IMG/VR virus record: IMGVR_UViG_3300036852_000116
Coordinates: 1 to 55,340 of that record
Direction: 5' to 3' (one strand)
DNA: 55,340 bases
Origin: a virus
Lineage: Duplodnaviria; Caudoviricetes
Under the pieces are notes generated by a model. That model was not told the origin of the DNA. It worked only from the letters and a program-made list of their open reading frames with translations, and made no database searches. The position numbers and the translations under genes were made by a program. Each line of letters opens with the position of its first letter. Position 1 is the first letter of the stretch. Shown piece by piece: positions 19,460 through 28,662 of this stretch.

Positions 19460-20128
19460 TCAGAATACTCCAGCCACGTCCTTCTGGTAAACATGGAGAG
19501 ATCCGATCCAGTGGGTAAATCGACCTGCTGGGATTCCAGTCTCTGCCGCCACGTATTCCTGAAGTTTCCGTGAGAGGTATTGGTCATTCTCAAAGTGTGT
19601 TGCGAAGTCTGCCGATCGTTGCATATATCTCATATGCAATTGCCCGCCACGATTGATGAAGAAGTATCCTAGTGAACATGGAACTCTCTTCTTTCCCAAT
19701 CTGAGTGGGTCCGTGAAACTCTCCCATACAGATAAGAAAAGCTGTCGACTTTCGGGATGAACTTTAAGTTCTTTAATGATGTAAGGTAATGTGTCTGAGT
19801 AGCGTTCTCCATAAGAATATCCAAACCCACGATCAGCAAATTCTTGCCATACTTCTGGTCTGAGTTTCCAAGCCTCAGCTGCACCTGGCCAGACGAAGTT
19901 TATCCTCTCTTTAAACTCAACATCTGCCCACGGTTGGTTGGGATTGAGATCTTCCAATCTTGGGGCCAGAATCATGTATTCATAGTCTAGAAGTTCACGA
20001 GTATCGTAATCTGGATCATTGGAGATATCCTTATCCTGCATAGTCTGTGGATGTACACTAACACCAAGCTCTGCCAGGTCCCGCTTGATCTCGTTGTTAG
20101 CCTGCTTGAAGTCCGAGAAGGATCTCAT
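19460..20128 (-). CDS. Thymidylate-synthase-fold enzyme, likely dCMP (hydroxy)methylase
   Basis: SRQ, catalytic PC, QRSADFATHFEND with Asp at the E. coli ThyA N177 position (as in T4 gp42), GSLHVY. Confidence 0.8.
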   Translation of the reverse strand: MRSFSDFKQANNEIKRDLAELGVSVHPQTMQDKDISNDPDYDTRELLDYEYMILAPRLEDLNPNQPWADVEFKERINFVWPGAAEAWKLRPEVWQEFADRGFGYSYGERYSDTLPYIIKELKVHPESRQLFLSVWESFTDPLRLGKKRVPCSLGYFFINRGGQLHMRYMQRSADFATHFENDQYLSRKLQEYVAAETGIPAGRFTHWIGSLHVYQKDVAGVF

Positions 20129-21011
20129 CTTCTTCGACGTCCTGTTCTGATTCAGTAACGATATCTAGTGATCGCTTGCCCTTACCCGTGAGAACAAGTT
20201 CGCTTGCCTCCCGAGAAGTCAGCCTACGGTTGATTTTCTTGCGTGCTTCCCATCCTTTCAATGTAAGATTGTCCACAGGGAGCGATCTGTAGATGCCCTG
20301 CTCTACTCGATCTAGTTTTTGCTTCCATCTCCTGGCTGCTCTCCACGGAATATCATCTGCCGGACGATTCATGTAGTCGATGTAGTATTGGATTGACTCT
20401 GCGATCCTGTCCTCGCGCGCGAGATATTTATCGACTAAGTTCCACCTGGTCAGTGGTACTAGAACCTCTACCATCTTAATGATGAAGTTAGCACAGTGTA
20501 CTTCTAAAGCTATCTCTTCTTGTGGGATTTTGAGTCTCTCAGCAATTCTTCGAGCAACGAAGTCCGAGAGAGCGTAGTCAGCAACTCCTGAGAAGCCAAG
20601 AGATTGGGCGCGAGTATATAGAGAGAGGACGGGTTTCGGCTTGCGACGGAAGCTAAAACCCATAAGGCAATTTCCCCACTGGTGTACGGCCTTCTTCCCA
20701 GTAAAATTAGGTGGGACGATCTTGAAGGTCCAGAGTGCATCATATGTTTTCACATTCCCAGCATTGTTGATCCACGCATGGAGACTCTCAACATCTACGT
20801 ACTGTCCGGTGAACTTCGACCACTTGGTGATTGTAAGGTCAATATCGCCCAGATCAAAATCGAATACAGCACTATCAGCACGCAGGAGATTACCAAACGA
20901 ATGGACGATGTTTCGCTGATAGAAATCGATAACACCAGGCTTGTCGTCAAGCATACTGAAGTAAGCAGATTTCCAAGCAGTTTTGATATCTGGATGTGTC
21001 TCAATGATCAC
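20097..21011 (-). CDS. Divergent second thymidylate-synthase-fold protein
   Basis: GNCLMGFSF followed by LSLYTRAQSLGFSGVADY matches the TS core spacing; lacks RSxD and HxY; GTG start overlaps the upstream TGA. Confidence 0.55.
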   Translation of the reverse strand: MIIETHPDIKTAWKSAYFSMLDDKPGVIDFYQRNIVHSFGNLLRADSAVFDFDLGDIDLTITKWSKFTGQYVDVESLHAWINNAGNVKTYDALWTFKIVPPNFTGKKAVHQWGNCLMGFSFRRKPKPVLSLYTRAQSLGFSGVADYALSDFVARRIAERLKIPQEEIALEVHCANFIIKMVEVLVPLTRWNLVDKYLAREDRIAESIQYYIDYMNRPADDIPWRAARRWKQKLDRVEQGIYRSLPVDNLTLKGWEARKKINRRLTSREASELVLTGKGKRSLDIVTESEQDVEEDEILLGLQAG

Positions 21012-21280
21012 CTGCCACTCTCCGCTTGACGCTGACGACGAAGATCGGCGGCTGCCAGAGCCTGAGTTACTAACTCTAAGAATTCGCTTTTCTTGAGGAT
21101 TCCTAGCTGAATCAGCACGGTAAGACAAACCGAGACTTCTGCATGCATCACGCTAGGTTCACCATACTGCCTGATCAGTCTATCCCTGAATGGCATCTTA
21201 TCATCAGCTGGTATTCCATACGCCATATCACTCTGTGGGAATGGGACATAGATGTGGGGTTTGGGTCGATTGGGTGCCAT
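21008..21280 (-). CDS. Hypothetical protein in the nucleotide operon
   Basis: Translationally coupled on both sides. Confidence 0.65.
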   Translation of the reverse strand: MAPNRPKPHIYVPFPQSDMAYGIPADDKMPFRDRLIRQYGEPSVMHAEVSVCLTVLIQLGILKKSEFLELVTQALAAADLRRQRQAESGR

Positions 21281-21693
21281 CAGTAGTTGCTCTCCTGTCT
21301 AAAAAGATTTACTTCAGATTTCTTGAAATATAGCTTGTAGAGATCCTCTGCAGTCAACCCAGATTTGATAGCCCATCTGATGTAAAAGTGGAAACCATCA
21401 GCCATCTCTTCGAAGTAGTGATCCTCATCCGTGATCACTGGAGTTTGTTTCCATGGTTTATTCTTCAAGCAGTTGGTGGCTTCGGAGATTTCTTCAACAA
21501 TACGGTAAGCAGCGTCCTTGAGATACCGCTGGAATCCATAATCGTTGAGATCTCTACTAGGTGGGCTTGGGAACCCGTTGGCGGTTTCAATGGATTCGTA
21601 CTGATCCTCAAGCTCTTGTTGTCGGTTAAAAATGTTTTGGAGCCAGTCGCCATCTTCGGGCGCCTCTGTGTCAATATCTTTGATGTTAACCAT
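21280..21693 (-). CDS. All-alpha dimeric dUTPase/dCTPase (MazG superfamily)
   Basis: EEISEA...KPWK...EEMADGFHF...K..VN..RQ motifs; start coupled to the kinase stop. Confidence 0.85.
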   Translation of the reverse strand: MVNIKDIDTEAPEDGDWLQNIFNRQQELEDQYESIETANGFPSPPSRDLNDYGFQRYLKDAAYRIVEEISEATNCLKNKPWKQTPVITDEDHYFEEMADGFHFYIRWAIKSGLTAEDLYKLYFKKSEVNLFRQESNY

Positions 21694-22232
21694 TATACGT
21701 AGATATACCTCATCACTCGCTTCAGGAGAGGTTGTATTCCTTCGGTCCAATCATACTTCATAAAGTTTCCATTGTAGTGAGGTGCTTCTTCTAACATAAG
21801 TTTGTCATAGGCAATCAATAGATCTTTAAACTTCTCATGTACTCCTATCATCTGGTCATTGGTCTTAGAATCTCTGTCGATAATTTGTGCGGGCGGGCGA
21901 CAGTAGATCAAGAAGGCATATTTCCTCAAGAACTCTTGCACATACTTTCGAACTGCTACTGGCATATCCATCTTGTTACGAAGCACAGGACCGTAAACAA
22001 ACTCAGGGTAGAAGAACCTATCGTGAACCACCACCTTTTCCATAGGGTTCTCAGCTAGTTTCTCCATCCACCATGTGGGCATGGGTGATTTACCTGGAGT
22101 GTGATCTCGGTTGTACCCAACTATTAGATGTCCATTATCTCCCAGGAATTCCATCAGTTGGTCAGCGAGAGTTGTCTTCCCAGAACCATCCATCCCATCG
22201 ATCAAGATTCTAGCATAAGGTCTAAATTTCAT
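21693..22232 (-). CDS. Deoxynucleoside monophosphate kinase (TMK-like)
   Basis: IDGMDGSGKTT P-loop, HDRF motif; AGGAGG RBS before ATG 22232. Confidence 0.85.
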   Translation of the reverse strand: MKFRPYARILIDGMDGSGKTTLADQLMEFLGDNGHLIVGYNRDHTPGKSPMPTWWMEKLAENPMEKVVVHDRFFYPEFVYGPVLRNKMDMPVAVRKYVQEFLRKYAFLIYCRPPAQIIDRDSKTNDQMIGVHEKFKDLLIAYDKLMLEEAPHYNGNFMKYDWTEGIQPLLKRVMRYIYV

Positions 22233-22250
22233 GGCGCCTCCTGTGGTTCC

Positions 22251-22279
22251 ATTATAATACATCTAAGATCATTTGTCAA
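22251..22279 (-). promoter_or_regulatory. Sigma70-type promoter heading the nucleotide/polymerase operon
   Basis: TTGACA-17-TATAAT on the minus strand. Confidence 0.85.
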
Positions 22280-23709
22280 TGTCCATTGGGACGGAGAATC
22301 CTTGGATCATGAACGATAGCGTGAGCTAAATCACCTTTATCTTTCAGGATGGTAAGTGTAAGTGCATCGATAGTTCTGGGTACGACCAAGTGATAGTAAG
22401 TAACCTTATTCCTCTGACCGTGACGATGGAGTCTATCCTGTGCCTGAACGTAATTGGCGTAGGCATAGTCCAAGCTGTAAAAGATAGCCACAGAAGACGC
22501 AGTGAGATCAATCCCAAGGCTGCCCGCCTGAATCTGCGCAATGAACACTTTAGTTCTATCATCATTCTGGAACCTCTCAATTAAACTGTCGCGTTGGTTG
22601 TGCGGGACACTTCCGGACAGTATTAAGGGCTCAATCTTGAACTTCTTCTTGATCGCCTCTTCTATCCGTTCAATATCCTTGCGAAACCTAACGAAGATGA
22701 CAACTTTCTTCTGCTGTGCGATAATATCATCTAACAGGTCCATGCAAACGTTAAGCTTGCTGTTATCAAATACGCGGATCTGATCGTTAACGTCTTTGAT
22801 GAAGCCCGAGGTGATCTGTGAGAGGCGGAGAATCTTGACCAGTACGATAGCTGCTGTGGCATGAGTCTCCTCGATCTCAATGATCATCTCTTTCGCCATC
22901 TTCCGGTAATAGTCCATAGCTTTCTGTCCAAGTTCGACCGGGACAGTTACGAACACTTTCTCTGGGAGGTCGATGGCCTGCTCTTTCTTGATGCGGAAAG
23001 TATTGCCCCGTACCTTCCCCACAAGTTCGTCTAGGTGTTTGTATCCTTTGAGCTGGTACCTTCCCCACCCGCCCCAAATCCCAAACCGGTTCTTGAAGCG
23101 ATACCAGTTACTCCCAAAGATCGCTGAGTCTATGAACCGAAATTGCCCAAATATGTCGAGAGGGCTCTTTGTAATTGGAGTACCAGTGAGAACAAGACGT
23201 TGTTCGGCGAATCCTCCAATTCTAGCAGCCGCTTTAGACTGCTTCGCTGTTGAAGACTTAATTCGATGTCCTTCGTCACAGATAACGAGGTCTGGTCCCC
23301 ACTTCTCCAAGAGATCTTCAATTCTATTTCTACCGTCTCCACGCCATATGCCTTCATAGTTAATGATCAACCAATCTTGTGTAGGCTGTGGGCTCCTGAT
23401 CATGCGTCTTATAGAGGCAGCACGTTCAGGAGTTGAACCTGTCAGGACTCTCACTCGTGCGAAGAATGGAAGGTGTTGCTTGATCTGTCTCTGCCACACT
23501 CCGATCACAGATAATGGGCAGATTACTAGCACCCGCTTGACTTCGTAGTTGTGATAACCTATGCCAGCCCAGTCGATCGCTACCTTCGTCTTGCCCGTGC
23601 CCATCTCCATGAAGAGCCCGGCCTTACCATCTAGTGTCTGGATCTTGTTGAGTGCCCTGAGTTGATATCTGTATGGCTTAGTCTTGAACTTATACTTAAC
23701 TTTCGACAC
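22276..23709 (-). CDS. SNF2-family helicase
   Basis: MGTGKT, DEGH, LTGTP, GIDL, QAQDRLHRHGQ. Confidence 0.92.
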   Translation of the reverse strand: MSKVKYKFKTKPYRYQLRALNKIQTLDGKAGLFMEMGTGKTKVAIDWAGIGYHNYEVKRVLVICPLSVIGVWQRQIKQHLPFFARVRVLTGSTPERAASIRRMIRSPQPTQDWLIINYEGIWRGDGRNRIEDLLEKWGPDLVICDEGHRIKSSTAKQSKAAARIGGFAEQRLVLTGTPITKSPLDIFGQFRFIDSAIFGSNWYRFKNRFGIWGGWGRYQLKGYKHLDELVGKVRGNTFRIKKEQAIDLPEKVFVTVPVELGQKAMDYYRKMAKEMIIEIEETHATAAIVLVKILRLSQITSGFIKDVNDQIRVFDNSKLNVCMDLLDDIIAQQKKVVIFVRFRKDIERIEEAIKKKFKIEPLILSGSVPHNQRDSLIERFQNDDRTKVFIAQIQAGSLGIDLTASSVAIFYSLDYAYANYVQAQDRLHRHGQRNKVTYYHLVVPRTIDALTLTILKDKGDLAHAIVHDPRILRPNGH

Positions 23710-24133
23710 GTGGGAATACCTTAACTCTCACTCCTGCATATCTAGATATCTTGATCATATCAACTGTACCACGAGAGACAGACAAGTCACGATGGAAAGC
23801 AAGAACCATGCCATCTTCACCTGTCTTCTCCATCCATTTCAGCATTAGTCTCAGTTGTTTACGGTTGCGTCTTGGACCGGCAGGCTTTCCATACTTTTCC
23901 CATTCTGCGGGAGTAGACTTCATTGGTGTACTACTAATCCATGCCCAATATCTACTACACTGATCAGCACCTGGTGCTTCACCTTGATAAAGTTTGGTGA
24001 TTCCATATTTCTGATCTACTTTGGCAAGTATTGCCATCATATAGTTGAAGTCACGTTTACCCTCTCGAGTAGGACCAACTTCAAATAAGAAATCATTAGC
24101 CCAATGACGATCACCACAGACTAAGACAATCAA
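23696..24133 (-). CDS. SLOG/DUF2493-like protein
   Basis: VLVCGDR, GEAPGAD, AGPRRN, SRGT motifs. Confidence 0.75.
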   Translation of the reverse strand: MIVLVCGDRHWANDFLFEVGPTREGKRDFNYMMAILAKVDQKYGITKLYQGEAPGADQCSRYWAWISSTPMKSTPAEWEKYGKPAGPRRNRKQLRLMLKWMEKTGEDGMVLAFHRDLSVSRGTVDMIKISRYAGVRVKVFPRVES

Positions 24134-24327
24134 GTTGCTTCCTCGTCTACGACCTCAACATCCTCATCCATAATAGGATTAACTGAGCAAACTGGATATG
24201 GACGTGGATATCCATGACGGAAGACGTTCTCCACAGCTCCCGCTCTTGTCGCTGTTTGTTGTTTGCCATAGTTGATCCTCACCACGGGATTCTTGCAATG
24301 AGTACAGATCTCTTTCTCAGACATCAA
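24130..24327 (-). CDS. Hypothetical Zn-binding protein
   Basis: CxxC motif; coupled overlaps with neighbours. Confidence 0.55.
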   Translation of the reverse strand: MMSEKEICTHCKNPVVRINYGKQQTATRAGAVENVFRHGYPRPYPVCSVNPIMDEDVEVVDEEAT

Positions 24328-24721
24328 TTCCCTCGTACTTCATGAGTTTTTTCAAGATATCCATCTCCGTCATATGATCTAAGAACCCATTGTACTTCTT
24401 AACCCAGAATTCGTTAGTAGAGATAAGGCAGACTGGACACCTCATGAATGCTTCGCTAGTGTAGGTGGGGTGCTTGATAGCAATCAATCTGAAGTGACGG
24501 AATTTAACACAGTAGGGACACCACAACATTCCAGGTCTTCGTTTAAGTTCTTGCTTGGCACCCGGAGGAAAAGCGTGACCAGTACTGATGATGTTTGGCT
24601 TCAGACCATCCCGCTTCAGGTCTTTAGCATATAAGATAGCCTCTGTGGGTTTTGGTCCGTTGAAGAGTTTGCGGAATTTCTTCCCTTCCTGGTTTCTCCA
24701 TAGTACCATCCACTTCTGCAT
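24317..24721 (-). CDS. Hypothetical Zn-ribbon protein
   Basis: CPYC...CPVC; first gene after the leftward promoter. Confidence 0.65.
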   Translation of the reverse strand: MQKWMVLWRNQEGKKFRKLFNGPKPTEAILYAKDLKRDGLKPNIISTGHAFPPGAKQELKRRPGMLWCPYCVKFRHFRLIAIKHPTYTSEAFMRCPVCLISTNEFWVKKYNGFLDHMTEMDILKKLMKYEGIDV

Positions 24722-24756
24722 TGGGCTAATCTGTCCCCTGTCTATATGGCCCTGTC

Positions 24757-24785
24757 ATAATATACCATCACAGTTCCTTTGTCAA
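24757..24785 (-). promoter_or_regulatory. Leftward sigma70-type promoter
   Basis: TTGACA-17-TATTAT. Confidence 0.75.
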
Positions 24786-24814
24786 GGACCAAGTTTAACT
24801 AGTTCACCTTAGGT

Positions 24815-24843
24815 TTGACAAAGTGTCTCAAGAATATTATAAT
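24815..24843 (+). promoter_or_regulatory. Rightward sigma70-type promoter (divergent pair)
   Basis: TTGACA-17-TATAAT. Confidence 0.85.
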
Positions 24844-24850
24844 GACCAGA

Positions 24851-24902
24851 CCGTCGGGGTGGTGATCGCTGGGCACGCGATCTGGGCAATCCGCCCCGAC
24901 GG
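24851..24902 (+). promoter_or_regulatory. 5' leader hairpin
   Basis: CCGTCGGGGTGG/CCGCCCCGACGG stem enclosing GATCGC/GCGATC. Confidence 0.55.
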
Positions 24903-24926
24903 AAACCAACAGCGAGGAGAACATGA

Positions 24927-25127
24927 ATGTCAAAACTCTTATCACCACGCCAGGCAGGCGAGCGAATGAACCTCCCCCACCGGGAAGTCATTCGTCGCAT
25001 TAGAAAGGGGGATCTTAAAGCAACTAAGATTGGCGACGATGGTTGGAATTGGATTCTTAAAGAAGAATGGGTGAAAGAAGCCATGCAATCCGACTGGTAC
25101 AAAAAGATTCAAATCAATCATAAGTAA
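24927..25127 (+). CDS. Excisionase/MerR-like HTH protein
   Basis: LLSPRQAGERMNL...IRKGDLKATKIG...W pattern. Confidence 0.8.
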   Translation: MSKLLSPRQAGERMNLPHREVIRRIRKGDLKATKIGDDGWNWILKEEWVKEAMQSDWYKKIQINHK

Positions 25128-27058
25128 TGGCAGAGAGCAGCACAAACAGGCTGCTTGAAGCTGTATGGGGTGACCGCAAGGGTTTCGTTTTCCTACCTCA
25201 TAAAGATGCTAACCGGCGATGGCATGAAACCCCGGGTATTCCATTCGATGGAGAGTTGCCTGATTTACACGTTCCTGAACGTAGTGATGTGTATTTCTGT
25301 CCCGTGGTATTTTCAAAACCAAAGAGGAAGAAGGAGAATGCGCTTCCTACGAATCTGTTATGGGCTGACCTTGATCCCGTCCATCCTAACGACTGCCGAG
25401 TTCGTCCATCAATTGCGTGGGAGTCAAGCCCTGGAAGATTCCAAGCTCTTTGGTTTCTTAATAGAGAAATCCCACCTGATGAGGCTGCATCCCTATCAAA
25501 GAGAATTGCTTATGCGGATGGGGCAGACAAAGGCGGATGGGACCTTACCCAAGTTCTACGTTTACCAGGGACGAAGAACTACAAGTATAAGAGAGCACCT
25601 GAAGTAAAGCTACTGTGGGCTAAGCGTTCTGCTTATAGTCCTGAGGAAATTAAGAAGACATACCCACCTGTCAACGGTGCTGAGAAGGTAGCAGTTGCTG
25701 ATTGGCCTACTGTTGATGAAGGGCGGATTCAGGCTGCGATCCAGGGACTCTCCATTGGTCTACGCTCGCGCGTAAAGCGTGAGAAGGTCACTGACCGCTC
25801 TGCTGAGATGCAGAAGCTGGCTCGTGACCTCTTGAAGGCTAATGTTCAACCTGAAGTTGTAGTTCACATTCTTCAACGAGTACCATATAACAAGTTCGCT
25901 GGTCGATCAGACGAACATCGCCAACTCCTCTTGCAAGTATCCAGTGCTCAGGAAGCTGTGGTAGTACAGAAAACACAAAAAGAGAAGAAGGTAACAACCA
26001 CAGAAGACACTGGCGATTTCGAGGAGATGGAAGTTCATAAGTGGAATGACTTCCTTGCTCATCCGGTCAAACTCCAGTGGGTGGTAGAAGATAGTTGGGT
26101 AGATGGCAGCGTAGGTTTCATATCAGGACCATCGAAATCATACAAGACTTGGATTGCATTTGATCTTGCTCTGTCACTTGTATCTGGTAAGTCATTTCTG
26201 GGCGTATTCAACGTTATGCGGACAGGTCCGGTAATCATTGTTCAAGAAGAGGATCCTAAAGCTGTCCTGCAGGAACGCTTAAAGCTGATTGGTGATTCTA
26301 AGGATATGCTTCCATCTGCCAAGATCATGGATGATGGGAAGTCTATCGTACTCAACTTTCCAGACTGGCCTCTGTACATCATTAACTTGCAAGGATTCAA
26401 TCTACAGGGTGAGTCTAAGGTTGATCAGCTCAGGAAACTCATAGCCCAGATCAACCCGGTTATGGTTATCCTTGATCCACTGGTAGTTATGTTAGGCAGT
26501 GTTGATGAGTATAGAGCCTCGGAGGTGTCCAGTCTGCTTCAGACGATTAAGTTCTGGAGAGAAGAGTTTGGCTGTTCTATTGCTGTCGTTCATCACTGGA
26601 ACAAATCTGGAGGGGGAGGAGATAACGGTGAACGCGGTGGTGCACATATGTATGGATCCTTTGCATTTCACGCGTGGTTGGAATCAGCCCTCCACGTGGC
26701 GCCAATTATTGAAGATACCGGAGATAGGATTGACACTGTACTCATCGAACGAGAATTCAAAGCTGCTCCATCTGGACGTCCCCTCAAGATTAGATTCAAT
26801 ATCGACTCCGTAGACAAGTATATCTACGAGCCCATAATTGAGGAAGGTAAGGCCACAGCAGGTCATGCCGGAACCCTACTCGATCTCATCATCAGTCATC
26901 CAGAGGGGATGTCAACCAAGGATCTCATCGAAGAGACTGGCTTCTCTCGTTCTAACGTCATCGAGAATATGGGTAAGTTGATCAAGTCTAAGAAGGCACG
27001 CCGGCAGAAGGGCGGAGGAAGAGGGATCCCAACCATGTACTTCCCAATTAGTACCTAA
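25127..27058 (+). CDS. Primase-helicase (RepB-like primase plus RecA-type AAA domain)
   Basis: LWADLD, ESSPGRFQALW, VLRLPGTKNYKY; Walker A GPSKSYKT, ILDPL, VHHWNK. Confidence 0.88.
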   Translation: MAESSTNRLLEAVWGDRKGFVFLPHKDANRRWHETPGIPFDGELPDLHVPERSDVYFCPVVFSKPKRKKENALPTNLLWADLDPVHPNDCRVRPSIAWESSPGRFQALWFLNREIPPDEAASLSKRIAYADGADKGGWDLTQVLRLPGTKNYKYKRAPEVKLLWAKRSAYSPEEIKKTYPPVNGAEKVAVADWPTVDEGRIQAAIQGLSIGLRSRVKREKVTDRSAEMQKLARDLLKANVQPEVVVHILQRVPYNKFAGRSDEHRQLLLQVSSAQEAVVVQKTQKEKKVTTTEDTGDFEEMEVHKWNDFLAHPVKLQWVVEDSWVDGSVGFISGPSKSYKTWIAFDLALSLVSGKSFLGVFNVMRTGPVIIVQEEDPKAVLQERLKLIGDSKDMLPSAKIMDDGKSIVLNFPDWPLYIINLQGFNLQGESKVDQLRKLIAQINPVMVILDPLVVMLGSVDEYRASEVSSLLQTIKFWREEFGCSIAVVHHWNKSGGGGDNGERGGAHMYGSFAFHAWLESALHVAPIIEDTGDRIDTVLIEREFKAAPSGRPLKIRFNIDSVDKYIYEPIIEEGKATAGHAGTLLDLIISHPEGMSTKDLIEETGFSRSNVIENMGKLIKSKKARRQKGGGRGIPTMYFPIST

Positions 27059-27076
27059 TGGAGATTTACGGGATTA

Positions 27077-27105
27077 TTGACTGTAAGATTATAATGGTCT
27101 ATAAT
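27077..27105 (+). promoter_or_regulatory. Sigma70-type promoter
   Basis: TTGACT-17-TATAAT. Confidence 0.75.
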
Positions 27106-27115
27106 AATCTCATAT

Positions 27116-27430
27116 ATGGACGGACCATATAGACAGGACAGAGAAAGGGAAAAGTTTATGGCGAACCTGAACCAGGTCGGGATAGTCCGAGAGGAATATC
27201 GCGACCTTCTTCGTAGTGAAGTCGGTACTGGTGGACCGACTCTGGATGAAGAGACACTACAGGGAGCTCCTAAACGTTATAGAGAAGATGTAATCATTAA
27301 TGTTTGTATGTCATTACACGAGAGGCTCTATGGAGGTATTGGCATGCAACCATCTGAGGTATTGATTACGTCTGTTGAGATCCTTGATCATTTGGACACA
27401 CTCGGCATGGAGGTTCGTCACAAGCAATGA
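27116..27430 (+). CDS. Hypothetical protein
   Basis: ORF after promoter; start may be 27158. Confidence 0.55.
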   Translation: MDGPYRQDREREKFMANLNQVGIVREEYRDLLRSEVGTGGPTLDEETLQGAPKRYREDVIINVCMSLHERLYGGIGMQPSEVLITSVEILDHLDTLGMEVRHKQ

Positions 27431-27576
27431 GAACTAGAACTATTAGAGTGGATCTAGAAGTTAGGAAAGTCATTGAGCTGAGACAAGATGAACTTCAATT
27501 GGATTCCAAGAAGAAAGTTACGGTGAATGCAGCTCTGAAGGATTTACTTCACGCTCCAGAGAGATATGAAAGCTAA
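27427..27576 (+). CDS. Putative ribbon-helix-helix DNA-binding protein (not in ORF track)
   Basis: MRTRTIRVDLEVRKVIE...VTVNAALKDLL; ATGA overlap with upstream gene. Confidence 0.55.
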   Translation: MRTRTIRVDLEVRKVIELRQDELQLDSKKKVTVNAALKDLLHAPERYES

Positions 27577-28483
27577 GGTCGTTACCCGGCTCCGTCCACA
27601 GCTCGCGCACCGCGGGACGTGGGAAGACAAGATCGGTAACCCTCTGTGGGTAGGAGAAGAGAAATTTGATGGAACTCGATACCTGGCAGCGTTCACCAGA
27701 TCAGGCGTTCGTATCTTATCTCGAAGAGGCATTGAGAAAACAGATCGTCTGCCCAAATTGGTCGCTGAGCTTTCAGGGTGGTGGGATAGGGGTGACATCC
27801 TTACTGGAACGGTTCTTGACGGAGAGGTCGTCGCTGGGTCGTTCTCTGAAACGATTAGCCTTGTCAACTCACTCGGATCACGGGGAGTGGACACCCGCTC
27901 ACGTTATCGTTACATGGTTTTCGACATCCTTAGAGATGGAAGGGATTGGTGTACCGAACAAGAATTTAGAGTTCGAAGACTTCGGCTTGACAGATTATTT
28001 GATGTACTACAATTTAGCGAAGGAGACGGAATTGCCCAGTTGACTCCCCAGTTCAATAGTGATGATTTTGACGAAACTCTAGGTACCATCTGGGAAGCAG
28101 GTGGTGAGGGGATGATCATCAAAGACCTAGACGGGAGGTATGAACAGGGCAAACGTTCACGATCATGGATCAAAGTCAAGGCTGTACAGACTGCGGATGG
28201 CGTCATCACCGGGTTCACTCCTGGAGAAGGGAAGTACTCTGGTACGATCGGTGCTATCGTCATAGGGCAGTATCGCAACGGAGAGTTCGTCAAGAGGATG
28301 TGTCACGCCAGCGGTATGACCGACCAGCTCCGCTACGAACTCGGCTCGAATCAGGAAAAGTACGTTGGCCGCGTAATCGAGTTCGCCTTTCAGAACAAGA
28401 CCGACGAGTCCTACAGGCATCCGCGGTTCAAACGCTTCAGAGACGATAAGAGCGGTAAGGAATGCACATGGGAGGATAGCTGA
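27566..28483 (+). CDS. ATP-dependent DNA ligase
   Basis: EKFDG, LDGE, FDIL, EGMIIK, WIKVK, HPRF motifs. Confidence 0.93.
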   Translation: MKAKVVTRLRPQLAHRGTWEDKIGNPLWVGEEKFDGTRYLAAFTRSGVRILSRRGIEKTDRLPKLVAELSGWWDRGDILTGTVLDGEVVAGSFSETISLVNSLGSRGVDTRSRYRYMVFDILRDGRDWCTEQEFRVRRLRLDRLFDVLQFSEGDGIAQLTPQFNSDDFDETLGTIWEAGGEGMIIKDLDGRYEQGKRSRSWIKVKAVQTADGVITGFTPGEGKYSGTIGAIVIGQYRNGEFVKRMCHASGMTDQLRYELGSNQEKYVGRVIEFAFQNKTDESYRHPRFKRFRDDKSGKECTWEDS

Positions 28484-28662
28484 TGGAGAGCCTAGCTCAT
28501 AAGATGATCCCAGGTATGGTACCTGACGATGACAGAACACTACAGTGTGAAGCATGTGGTTCTGTCCGCTCGGTCAGGAGAATCTCAATCATTGATGGTG
28601 TTCGCTGTGTTAATCGAGAATCCTGCCAGTCTAGGATAAGGAAGCAACGTGCGGGTCAGTAA
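28483..28662 (+). CDS. Small Cys-rich protein (not in ORF track)
   Basis: MESLAH...CEAC...CVNRESC; coupled to the ligase stop. Confidence 0.45.
   Translation: MESLAHKMIPGMVPDDDRTLQCEACGSVRSVRRISIIDGVRCVNRESCQSRIRKQRAGQ

Noticed and set aside
19460-20128. Ordinary thyA call
   Set aside because: Asp rather than Asn at the specificity position, and the operon context, argue for a dCMP substrate
24927-25127. Lysogeny switch (excisionase plus divergent promoters)
   Set aside because: No integrase or CI-like repressor in the window; the HTH is more simply a regulator
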